A DNA stretch of 51,417 nucleotides. Source: Clostridia bacterium. GTDB taxonomy: Bacteria; Bacillota; Clostridia; Christensenellales; RUG350. Shown here piece by piece: positions 1-8,368 of the stretch. The notes below the pieces were generated by a model. The model saw nothing but the letters and a program-made list of their open reading frames with translations. It searched no databases and was not told the DNA's origin. Position numbers and translations under genes: made by a program. The stretch spans positions 1-51,417 of the forward strand of contig JAFQWW010000065.1 of assembly GCA_017407285.1 (NCBI GenBank), given 5' to 3'. Every line of letters starts with the position of its first letter. The stretch's first letter is position 1.

Positions 1-120
1 TCGTTATGATTAGCTTCGCCAAGTTATAGGTTAGATGGGCAATCATATCATAACGCTTGCCGTGCAAGCTCATAACGGTGAGCGAAAGCGACCCTCATAA
101 CTCTAAACTAAAACGAACAG

Positions 121-164
121 AAAAAGAGCAAACATACAAGATTTTCTTCTTGCGTGTTTGCTCT
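121..164 (-). terminator. Rho-independent terminator after the 1548-aa secreted-protein gene
   Basis: A 10-bp stem AGAGCAAACA (125-134) / TGTTTGCTCT (155-164) encloses an inner CAAGA/TCTTG pairing. The plus-strand A-run at 121-124 gives a T-run after the hairpin on the minus strand. Confidence 0.6.
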
Positions 165-298
165 TTCTGCTTGTTATATGGGTTTGGGCTTAGCCCATAA
201 ATATTTGACTAGTCAAATGCGATGCTCGCACTTAGCAGTACTTTTATATTCTCCGCTAAGAACATCACTCATTATGCGTTCGCCTTTTTTTGTTTTTC

Positions 299-3200
299 TT
301 ATTTGTTCAAAAGAACTGCAAAGCCTTGACCTGCTACCGTATTTACGGTCAAGGAAGTACCAGAGAAGGTGTATTCCGTGCCGTTTACGATGTAGCTACC
401 AGAAACTGATTTGTTAAAGTTCAAGGTAACGTTACCGTTGTTAGAGGTCTGGTTGTCGTTGTTCAAAACGAAGTACAACTGTCTCTCATCTCCTGCCTCG
501 TCTGCCTCGTAATCGTTGTTGTTTGCGTAATAAGTCATGTAACTTACTAAGTGATCAACACCGCTTGTCGAAGACAAGTTCCAACCGATACTGGTATTTC
601 TATCAATAAACATGTTGGAGTGAATGGTCTCACCGTTGGGGTTATCACCATACTGAGTAAGGTGTGAAACGTTTGCGTTCAACAACCATTTAGCCATAGC
701 CTGAGTCTGTCTATTTGCTTCCGTTACGTCGTCATAAGCTTCACCCGGAGTACCGTCTACATTGAAAGGAAGGTTACCGTAACCTGATGATGCACCAGCA
801 CCGGTGATATCGCCGTAATCGTTAAAGATATAGTACTGATAACCCTTAGAACCGAATGCCATAGCAGTGTTGATCTGCCACAAGAGTTCGTTGAAGGTTG
901 CAGCACGAGAACCGGAGTACTCGTTACCCCAGCTCGTTACTTGAACGAAGTTCCAGAAAGGAATAGCGTGACCGTTCATCAACTGTGAATAGTAGGTCGT
1001 GTAGTAGAATGCCTTGTACAACTGCTCGAAATGACGTCCGTTCAAGGTAGGATAATTAAGGTGAGCAGAGTTACCTTGACCGTTTGCCCACAAGGGGTAG
1101 AAGTCGTAGGAGAACACCTCGGGTTTTACGTGCTCAATGTAGGAAGAGTAGTAGTAATCTACGTCTGCGTACAATGCTTCGTAAGTAGGCCACAATTCCT
1201 CAATGTTGGGAGAGTAAGCGTAGTTATCTGCTCCGAATACTGCTGCTCTAATAGGAGTATTGATAGGCAAGAGGTTTACGTAGTAAAGTCTTCTTGCATA
1301 ACGATCGGTCCAAGCAAAGTGAGCGTTATCCATTCTGTAGTCGATAGCACCTGCATCAGGGGAGTACTTGGAGTATTCCAAGATACCGGGAACCCAAGAA
1401 GAAGAACCGGGCTCGTCAACTATGTGTGCACCTGCAAAAGATGCGTACTGTGACATGAAGTAGGTGTAGAGATGCTGTGACTCTAAAGGCAAGGACTCAA
1501 AGGTTCCATCATAACCAGTCATACTCTCGTTACCGCCGCCTTTAAGCATCATACCTCCCTGTTTTTCAAGTTCTTCAAACAATGCAAGGTACTCGTCCCA
1601 ACCAGTACCGTAACGGCTCTGTCCGATACCGATAATCAAGTTGGTGTTAGATGCCAAGTAGTTACGTACGTAATCTTCCAAAGTTACGGTCCAGTAACCC
1701 ATAGAAGGCTCGATGTAACCACCGATAGGCATTACGTCCTCACCCAAGAACTCGAAGGTGTATTTAGGAGCGTAGAAGTTCTTCTTGCCAACCAAGGTAT
1801 GAGCGTGGATATCGTTGTACGTGGTCTGGTTTGCACCATAGAAGCACAAGTCACCGATGCTTTGTACGCTTGCAGGTAAAGTAATATCGGTCAAAGAGGT
1901 ACAATCACGGAACGCGGAGTCGCCGATTTCAGCAAGCGTGCTCGTGCCCTTGAAGGTAATGGTGTCGAGAGTCTCAACTCCTCTGAACGCTTCGTCCTTG
2001 ATCTTGGTCAAGGTGTTATTGATGATAACTTCTTGAACGTTACTTCCAACGAAAGCCTTTTGACCAATCTTGGTTACGGTTATTCCGTTGTAAGTCATAG
2101 GAATTTCTATTACGGACTGTTGTTTACCATAAGCAGTCAAACCAACTACGGTGTCGTCTTCAACGACTACGGAGTTGTATTCTGCGCTAACGTTTACGGT
2201 ACAAGTAGCCGTAGTTCCGTCGTCCGAGGTACAAGAAATAGTAGTAGTACCTTCGCTAATACCCGTGATAATGCCGTTGAACTGACCAATTTGTGAGAAC
2301 TCGATAGTTGCAACGCTGGGATCTGCAGATTCGTATATAATACCGTTGTAGTTAGGTATTTCTTCGGACAAGGTGTAATCTATAGTACGTTGTTCACCGA
2401 TACCAATGTTCAAGGTTTCGTAAGTCAAGGTAAGGGTGGGGTTATTATAAACTATAACGTTATAGCTTGCGGTTGCACCGTCAATTGCGGTTGCGGTAAT
2501 AGTTGCTTCACCAGCGGATACTGCAGACGCTACTACGTAACGAACGTCTCCGTCGTTCAACCAATAAACTTCTGCTACGCTAGGATTGGAAGATGCGATA
2601 GTAACCTCCGTTCCGTCTAAAGGAAGCTGGGTAAGAGGTACGCCTCTTGCTTTGAATCTTCCGTTAGTGAAGAGAACGAGTTCTTCCATATTGAAAGACA
2701 TATCGTAGTAAGGAGTAATAGTTACAACGATGCTTGCAGATACGCCGTTAGAATTCGTTACAGTAATAACGGTTTCACCTGCGTATACACCGGTAACTCT
2801 ACCACTCTGGTCAACCGTTGCAATACTTTCGTCTTCAGAAGACCAAGTGAGGTCAACCTCTTTAGCGTTTTCAGGGAATACGGTTGCGTTGAGCTGTCCA
2901 CTGTAGTTAACCTCAACGGACAATTCGCTCTCTTCAAAACCAATCTGAGTAACTTCAGCATCAGGAGCGGTACGATAGGTCAATATAGCGTCGCCACCCG
3001 TTGCGAGTACGGGAGAAACTACCGCATCTCCAGATGAATAGAACTTGAAGTTAGAGATATTGAAGTTGTATCCCGAACCGTTGTTCTGAGAGGATTGATG
3101 TTGCCATACGAGGTGAACGTTGTCTTGGAGGGTAGTTGCAGTGATGTTAGTAACTGCAGTTACCGTAGTCCAATCAGCTTCGTTAGCACCCTTTCTATAC

Positions 3201-4945
3201 AAAATCAAAGAACCAGCTGCGTCAGTTGCAGGAGAGGTATATACCAATCTAAAGGTATATGCACCACTCGTAGACGTTGCCGTCATATCGGTGTACGGAT
3301 CGTATATAGGAGTAATAGCGCAACCAGAGGTCAAACTACCTACGAGGTTAGCAGTTCTTCCGTTGTAATCGCCTACGTTCAACGCGAAGTTACCGTAGAA
3401 ACCAACGGAGTTTGCAAGAGAATTGCTCTGGGGGTTGGTTGCAACGAAACCTGCGGAAGAGTAAACGTTAAATCCACTCCATACGTTGTACCAAAGTCCG
3501 GACTTGATGGAGTCAATGGTGAATTCCATAGTCAAAGACTCGCCTTCTGCAAGATCAACGCCCTCTGCGTTACCCATCCAGCCGTTAAAGGAACCGCCTT
3601 GGTCAACAGAACCAGTTCCGTCGGAGTCATCGAAACGATAGTTATAAGTTGCGCTATCGTCACAGATAATGGAAGACTGATAGTTGTTTTCCACGGTTAC
3701 GTGAGTAGCGTCACTACCTTCACTCAAATAAAGTTTGGTGCTAGGTGAGAAATCACGAGTACCGTCCAATTTTTCAACGTACGCGGTGAGGTTCATGTGG
3801 GTGATAGAACGAGCAGCAGCGCCTTCATCAAAAGCAATACCCATAACTACTTCAGTTCTATCTTGAACGTCACGAGTGGAAAGGTTGGTTATAGAGGATA
3901 CGAGCTCGTAACTAGTGTCGGGAGCGTCGATATGTTTAGTGTAAACCTTAATAGTACCTCTAGTTCTTCCAGTAGGTGCGGTGTAAGAGAACTTAACGCT
4001 ATGGTTAGAAATGAACCATTGCGTGGGATCCCAGTTAGAACCAAGATTTATCGTGGAAGACAACTCAAGGTTGTTTTGAGCGACGTAATGACCTGCCCAA
4101 GGAGAGAAATATGCCCAGTTTGCATAAGCAAAGGTATATTCACGAGCAGTGAAAGTCATATAATCAGCGTCACGTCTTAAAACAATGTAAGCGTTGTAGT
4201 TAGCTTGAGGCATAACTGCTTCAATAACGTCCATCTCTACACTCAAAGTAGAACCGTCAGACAAATCAACGGGGTTCAAAGTACCGAAGCCCATCTTAGC
4301 GCCAGAGGTGGAAGAGGTAGAAGACTTAGTTGCTACGGGCGCACTAACCTTTGCCCAAGTAGCAGTCAAAGTGATATCGGAGAATACGTAAGTCTCGTCA
4401 AATAGGAACTTATCGCCGTTCTCGTCTACCCAAGCGTTGAACGCATAACCCGATCTTTCGGGATTAGCAGGAGCAGAAATGGTAGCACCTTGAGCCACGC
4501 TATCTACGTAATCGTCCGTAACGTCGTCTGCGTAAACGTAGGTAACGTTATAAGAAGATACGCCTTTCGTGAAAGGAACTTCCATACCGTAGATACGGCT
4601 ACCGTCTGCACCGGAATATGCTTTAGCTACGTAATCACCGTCGGGCAATTCGTATATAGCAATACCGAATTTTCCATTAGCACCGATGTGCTTTCCTTCA
4701 AACTTAAAGGTTTGACCGTCAGACTTTTGAGTAACGATAACACCGTACTCAACTTCGGTATTAGTAACGGTACCGAAAATGATGTGAGCCTGACCGGAAT
4801 GAGTCTCGGTCTCGTAATCGCCTATGTAGAGTTGTGCGAGGGTGGTAACTTCGTCCACAGAGGACGCAACCGCTCCAACACAAACTACGCTAAATACGAG
4901 GGTGAGAGCCAATAAAGTCAAAATTACTTTAGCAAATCTCTTCAT
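299..4945 (-). CDS. Large secreted multidomain protein: shared N-terminal module, Flg_new-like repeat, CBM-like regions, Big_2 Ig repeats, BspA-type LRR and a C-terminal glycosidase-like domain
   Basis: The ORF 299..4987 is trimmed to the ATG at 4945 (MKRFAKVILTLLALT...), which has a purine-rich RBS AAGGGAAGGGA just upstream. It has a signal peptide. A ~90-aa module is shared with the product of 19856..21292. Other recognisable parts: a Listeria-Bacteroides-type repeat (YAFNAWVDENGDKF...LTATW), Big_2-like repeats (e.g. LTWSSEDESIATVDQSGRVTGVYAGETVITV) and LRR_5-like repeats (ITVTKIGQKAFVGSNVQEVIINNTLTKIKDEAF). The C-terminal ~500 aa carries TIM-barrel glycosidase-like motifs (IVDEPG, FYPLW). 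Confidence 0.85.
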   Translation of the reverse strand: MKRFAKVILTLLALTLVFSVVCVGAVASSVDEVTTLAQLYIGDYETETHSGQAHIIFGTVTNTEVEYGVIVTQKSDGQTFKFEGKHIGANGKFGIAIYELPDGDYVAKAYSGADGSRIYGMEVPFTKGVSSYNVTYVYADDVTDDYVDSVAQGATISAPANPERSGYAFNAWVDENGDKFLFDETYVFSDITLTATWAKVSAPVATKSSTSSTSGAKMGFGTLNPVDLSDGSTLSVEMDVIEAVMPQANYNAYIVLRRDADYMTFTAREYTFAYANWAYFSPWAGHYVAQNNLELSSTINLGSNWDPTQWFISNHSVKFSYTAPTGRTRGTIKVYTKHIDAPDTSYELVSSITNLSTRDVQDRTEVVMGIAFDEGAAARSITHMNLTAYVEKLDGTRDFSPSTKLYLSEGSDATHVTVENNYQSSIICDDSATYNYRFDDSDGTGSVDQGGSFNGWMGNAEGVDLAEGESLTMEFTIDSIKSGLWYNVWSGFNVYSSAGFVATNPQSNSLANSVGFYGNFALNVGDYNGRTANLVGSLTSGCAITPIYDPYTDMTATSTSGAYTFRLVYTSPATDAAGSLILYRKGANEADWTTVTAVTNITATTLQDNVHLVWQHQSSQNNGSGYNFNISNFKFYSSGDAVVSPVLATGGDAILTYRTAPDAEVTQIGFEESELSVEVNYSGQLNATVFPENAKEVDLTWSSEDESIATVDQSGRVTGVYAGETVITVTNSNGVSASIVVTITPYYDMSFNMEELVLFTNGRFKARGVPLTQLPLDGTEVTIASSNPSVAEVYWLNDGDVRYVVASAVSAGEATITATAIDGATASYNVIVYNNPTLTLTYETLNIGIGEQRTIDYTLSEEIPNYNGIIYESADPSVATIEFSQIGQFNGIITGISEGTTTISCTSDDGTTATCTVNVSAEYNSVVVEDDTVVGLTAYGKQQSVIEIPMTYNGITVTKIGQKAFVGSNVQEVIINNTLTKIKDEAFRGVETLDTITFKGTSTLAEIGDSAFRDCTSLTDITLPASVQSIGDLCFYGANQTTYNDIHAHTLVGKKNFYAPKYTFEFLGEDVMPIGGYIEPSMGYWTVTLEDYVRNYLASNTNLIIGIGQSRYGTGWDEYLALFEELEKQGGMMLKGGGNESMTGYDGTFESLPLESQHLYTYFMSQYASFAGAHIVDEPGSSSWVPGILEYSKYSPDAGAIDYRMDNAHFAWTDRYARRLYYVNLLPINTPIRAAVFGADNYAYSPNIEELWPTYEALYADVDYYYSSYIEHVKPEVFSYDFYPLWANGQGNSAHLNYPTLNGRHFEQLYKAFYYTTYYSQLMNGHAIPFWNFVQVTSWGNEYSGSRAATFNELLWQINTAMAFGSKGYQYYIFNDYGDITGAGASSGYGNLPFNVDGTPGEAYDDVTEANRQTQAMAKWLLNANVSHLTQYGDNPNGETIHSNMFIDRNTSIGWNLSSTSGVDHLVSYMTYYANNNDYEADEAGDERQLYFVLNNDNQTSNNGNVTLNFNKSVSGSYIVNGTEYTFSGTSLTVNTVAGQGFAVLLNK

Positions 4946-4962
4946 AATTTCCCTTCCCTTAA

Positions 4963-5130
4963 TTAAATTTCTTGTCCTGAGTTCCAAGGATAACTCGTAA
5001 TATTGTCGCCGTTGCCAATGTTGCTAATAACGTTAGGCAAAACTCCGGTGAAAACGTCCCAAATACTTGCTACGTTTTCTTTCTGCATTACGCCGACTCT
5101 CGTCAACGTAGGTTTTTCGTAATGTTTCAT
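4963..5130 (-). CDS. Unannotated 55-aa small ORF directly upstream of the large secreted-protein gene; RiPP-leader-like N-terminus
   Basis: This is my own translation, since the ORF is below the track's length cut-off: MKHYEKPTLTRVGVMQKENVASIWDVFTGVLPNVISNIGNGDNITSYPWNSGQEI*. The ATG at 5128-5130 is preceded by AGGAGGTTTAGT. The TAA at 4963-4965 lies 17 nt before the next gene's ATG. Confidence 0.5.
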   Translation of the reverse strand: MKHYEKPTLTRVGVMQKENVASIWDVFTGVLPNVISNIGNGDNITSYPWNSGQEI

Positions 5131-5432
5131 ACTAAACCTCCTAAATTAATGAATCACTGTGGTTTTTATCAATAGACTGCAAAAAAATTTCACCTTTTCA
5201 AAAACCGTTCATCGTTTTCCTATAATTATTTATTATAAAATACGATAGCCATTTTATTATAAACTATAAAATTATTAAAGTCAAGAAAAAACACTCTATA
5301 CTCAAAAAAGTACAGTCGTTTTTAAAATCCAAAATATAGTGCAATATTATCAAACTTTGACATAAAAAACCTCTTATTTAGTGATTTTTTAATAAATTTG
5401 TTTAAATTTTATTTTTAATTTAATTTATACGT

Positions 5433-5473
5433 AAAAACTGCACCGTTTCGTTATGCCGGTGCAGTTATTTTTT
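5433..5473 (-). terminator. Terminator after the M23 peptidase gene
   Basis: The stem is ACTGCACCG (5437-5445) / CGGTGCAGT (5457-5465). It is flanked by an A-run on one side and a T-run on the other. Confidence 0.6.
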
Positions 5474-6137
5474 ACTTATTAGAAGAACTATACTGTATTG
5501 GGTTGACGCTAACTCCGTCAAGCAAGGTTTCAAAATGCAAATGCGTTCCCATATTTACCTCGCCCATAGCGCTATTGCCTGCTTTACCTATCTCGTCCCC
5601 CTTTTTCAAGACGTCGCCCTCTTTGACAGTTACGGTATCGAGTGCGCCGTATTTAGTCATCAATCCGTTGCCGTGATCAACGGTAACTACGTTTCCGTCC
5701 AAAAGGTTGTATTCAACTTTGTACACCGAACCCTCGAAAACAGACACCACGCTATCTCCTGCGTTGCACGCGTAATCAATACCGCTATGAGTCTGCCACT
5801 GTTTCAAGGTCGAACAGTACACCAATTCGTCCACCGAAAACGCACCGAGCACCTCTCCATCTACAGGACTTCCAAACACTACGGGATTGGAAATTACACC
5901 TTGGTCAGGACTATCTGGCTCGTTCGTATCTGGCTCGTTCGTATCAGGAACGTTGACGTCGGGCTCATTCACGTTAGGCTGATTCGTATCCGGCGCTTCT
6001 ATCACGACGTCGTTATCCTTGGGACTCGTGACGGTCAACGTAATCATCGTGCCTACCACTATTACGCACGCTACCAACAACACGTAATAAACGTTCTTTT
6101 TCAAAAACTTACCTAAACTTAAAATCTTTTCTTTCAT
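5472..6137 (-). CDS. Membrane-anchored M23 (LytM-domain) metallopeptidase, possibly SpoIIQ-like
   Basis: The start is trimmed to the ATG at 6137 (MKEKILSLGKF...), which has a GGAGGTT RBS. There is one N-terminal TM helix. The linker has NEPDT/NEPDV repeats encoded by a 15-nt tandem repeat at 5912-5941. M23 motifs are present (HSGIDYA ... GTHLHFE). Confidence 0.85.
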   Translation of the reverse strand: MKEKILSLGKFLKKNVYYVLLVACVIVVGTMITLTVTSPKDNDVVIEAPDTNQPNVNEPDVNVPDTNEPDTNEPDSPDQGVISNPVVFGSPVDGEVLGAFSVDELVYCSTLKQWQTHSGIDYACNAGDSVVSVFEGSVYKVEYNLLDGNVVTVDHGNGLMTKYGALDTVTVKEGDVLKKGDEIGKAGNSAMGEVNMGTHLHFETLLDGVSVNPIQYSSSNK

Positions 6138-6206
6138 ATTAAACCTCCGATATTTGTTTTGATTATTAACCGTTTTTTCTCTTTTATACACGATTTTTTA
6201 TATTTT

Positions 6207-6674
6207 TTAGTAACTGCCCAAGATGATAGGAGTACCCACGCTCACAACCCCTTGATTTATAGCAATCTGCATATTTACCTTCTCGCCAAACAACTCTATG
6301 CCTCTATCTTTTATCTCTCCCGTATATAGATAAGCCGTATAAATTCCGTCTACGTACCCTTCTTTTACCACCTTAGCGGACGTTCTATTTAGGATAAATT
6401 CGACCACGTCCATATCTCCAAAACACCTAAAACTCTCCCCTCTTATCCTACCCTTTATCGAATTTCGCACGATATTTGTGTCCGACACGGCACAGCGCAC
6501 GATTTTCTCCCCACCGTTTTCAATAATCTCCGCGCAACCTTCCTCCACCTCGCCTACGACGTAAAATGCGTACTCTAAACCGCCACATTCCACGCAAATA
6601 TCCTCCAAATTTTGTCCAAACGGGACTAAAGTACAAACTATCACTAAAGCTACGACTAAATAAAACTTATACAT
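6207..6674 (-). CDS. Small secreted or membrane-anchored hypothetical protein (YwmB-like C-terminus?)
   Basis: The N-terminus is hydrophobic (MYKFYLVVALVIVCTLVPFG). The C-terminal ...NMQIAINQGVVSVGTPIILGSY resembles the end of YwmB/DUF1779-type proteins, a resemblance I recall from memory only. Confidence 0.5.
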   Translation of the reverse strand: MYKFYLVVALVIVCTLVPFGQNLEDICVECGGLEYAFYVVGEVEEGCAEIIENGGEKIVRCAVSDTNIVRNSIKGRIRGESFRCFGDMDVVEFILNRTSAKVVKEGYVDGIYTAYLYTGEIKDRGIELFGEKVNMQIAINQGVVSVGTPIILGSY

Positions 6675-6733
6675 AAAAAATCTCCCGACACTTTCGTATC
6701 GGGAGTATTTCCATTTTTTTAATAATTAAACCT

Positions 6734-6759
6734 AAAAAAACGCAACCTTTCGGTTGCGT
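6734..6759 (-). terminator. Terminator after the nucleosidase gene
   Basis: The hairpin is ACGCAACC-TTTC-GGTTGCGT. The preceding plus-strand A-run becomes a T-run on the minus strand. Confidence 0.65.
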
Positions 6760-6766
6760 AATTTGA

Positions 6767-7447
6767 TTATTGAATTGATTTGACGTAGGAATAGATAAAA
6801 TCAGAACATTTTTGCATAGCAGTACTCAACATTTCGTTAAAAGACATCACCGCGCTCTCGTCCGCTTTATCCGATATTGCTTTGACTATAAGACAAGGTA
6901 TATTCATTCTCTTACAAGTCAACAACACGCCCGCCGACTCCATTTCACATATCCCTGCGCCCTCTTTTTGAAGTTTGGATTTAGTAGCCGTGTCGGAAAC
7001 GAATTTTTCCGAACTTGCACAAATAACCTCTTTTGCGCGCGTTACGCTTTGGGCTTTTTGGAGCATATTCGTGTCGCAAGATAGATATTTTTCTCCCCAC
7101 TCGGGATAATAACCTACCTCGCAGTTATCAAGGGTGGAGGTGTCACGGTCAAAGTGATACACCGATTTTACAAACACGACGTCCGCTATATCCAATTCGT
7201 TATCCAAAGATCCGCATACGCCGAAATTGATAATCTCGTCCACCTTGTATTCCGATATCAAATGAAAGGTTGCAAGCGCGGAGGCAATTTCGCCAACTCC
7301 CGCGTCCACCATATATAATTCAACTTTGTCGAAAAGGTATTTATATATCGAAAAACCACAAGACGATACTAATTCAACTCGTCCAAGCTTATCCAAAAAC
7401 ACCTTCATTTCACGGCTCATCGCCACGACGAATCCAATCTTTTTCAT
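6767..7447 (-). CDS. MTA/SAH nucleosidase-like protein (PNP_UDP_1 family)
   Basis: The N-terminus MKKIGFVVAMSREM, the motif ...GICEMESAGV and the size (226 aa) fit the MtnN/MqnB-type nucleosidase fold. Confidence 0.6.
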   Translation of the reverse strand: MKKIGFVVAMSREMKVFLDKLGRVELVSSCGFSIYKYLFDKVELYMVDAGVGEIASALATFHLISEYKVDEIINFGVCGSLDNELDIADVVFVKSVYHFDRDTSTLDNCEVGYYPEWGEKYLSCDTNMLQKAQSVTRAKEVICASSEKFVSDTATKSKLQKEGAGICEMESAGVLLTCKRMNIPCLIVKAISDKADESAVMSFNEMLSTAMQKCSDFIYSYVKSIQ

Positions 7448-8274
7448 TAGCTTCTCTTTATCAAAGTACGGGGTACTCTGCCCTCTACTATATCTTTCAA
7501 TGAATATTTAGCGTTTGCTATATATACCTCTGCGCCGTAACTTAGAGGTTCTTTTATATACTCAAGTTTGCTCTCCGCGCCCCCTGAACCCTTTCTACTC
7601 GTGCCTTTACAACACGCTTTGCACTCGTCCACGGCTTGGATAACCTCCTCGTCCGTAGATCCCGTAATAAGGTCGATGAGTGTGTCGGGATTGCCTGCCT
7701 CACGGTAAATACCGTCCACCGAGGTCAAGATAACCAAACGTTTTGCTTTTACCAAGCACGCTATATGCGATGCCGTTTCGTCGTTATCTACGCCTTGGAT
7801 AACTCTATCCATCTTGGTTTTGAGATTCATAATCTCAAACTTTCTATTCTCTTCACTACACACGGCGTCGTTATAGTTTATAATAGGAATAGCTTTTTGC
7901 GAGGGACAACGCAAGAGTAAATCTCTCAAACTTTTTGCTTTTTCAACGTCGTTGAAATGTTGATGCTCAACTAAAATTTGACGAACGCTATATCTTTCGT
8001 CTATAAAGGTACGGTAGTTTTGCATCAAAATGGCTTGACCTTGAGCGGAATAATCGGTTTTTATCAAGGTTTCGTCCCCTTCAAGTTCTATACCATTACG
8101 CTTAATATAGTCAAGTCGTCCAATCTCCGTCGCGCCACTAGTAACCCAAATCATACCGGGGTGAAGTTCACGAGAAATGCGCGCTATCGTATTGTAATCG
8201 ATATCGCCCCACTCCCTATTTATAAGCGCCATAGAACCTATTTTACCAACGAGTTCAACGTCATATTTTGCCAT
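7447..8274 (-). CDS. Amino-acid kinase family protein, divergent glutamate-5-kinase-like (no PUA domain)
   Basis: ProB-like blocks are present: VGKIGSMAL, VTSGATEIG, IINYNDAV, GVDNDETASHIA, VILTSVDGIY, GSGGAESK. Its TAA overlaps the ATG of the next gene by 1 nt (TAATG). Confidence 0.55.
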   Translation of the reverse strand: MAKYDVELVGKIGSMALINREWGDIDYNTIARISRELHPGMIWVTSGATEIGRLDYIKRNGIELEGDETLIKTDYSAQGQAILMQNYRTFIDERYSVRQILVEHQHFNDVEKAKSLRDLLLRCPSQKAIPIINYNDAVCSEENRKFEIMNLKTKMDRVIQGVDNDETASHIACLVKAKRLVILTSVDGIYREAGNPDTLIDLITGSTDEEVIQAVDECKACCKGTSRKGSGGAESKLEYIKEPLSYGAEVYIANAKYSLKDIVEGRVPRTLIKRS

Positions 8275-8368
8275 AATTCTTTCCTTTTAATTTCCCCGAA
8301 AATCGTATTTTATAAACAACGCCCGATATGAAACATAACGGGCGTTGTAAATCAATCAATCTGTAAGA

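Noticed and set aside
3095-3748. Long plus-strand ORFs inside the 1548-aa gene (e.g. 1031..1453, 3095..3748, 3797..4180, 4490..4915)
   Set aside because: They are antisense to a gene with clear domain homology. They have no RBS and low-complexity, Cys/Arg/Ser/Val-rich translations, so they are shadow ORFs.
4963-6191. A complete lasso-peptide or other RiPP biosynthetic cluster around the 55-aa ORF
   Set aside because: No RRE, cyclase, leader peptidase, rSAM or ABC exporter is adjacent. The neighbours are the large secreted protein and an M23 peptidase. The core does not obey lasso ring rules. Only the leader-like motif is retained as a finding.
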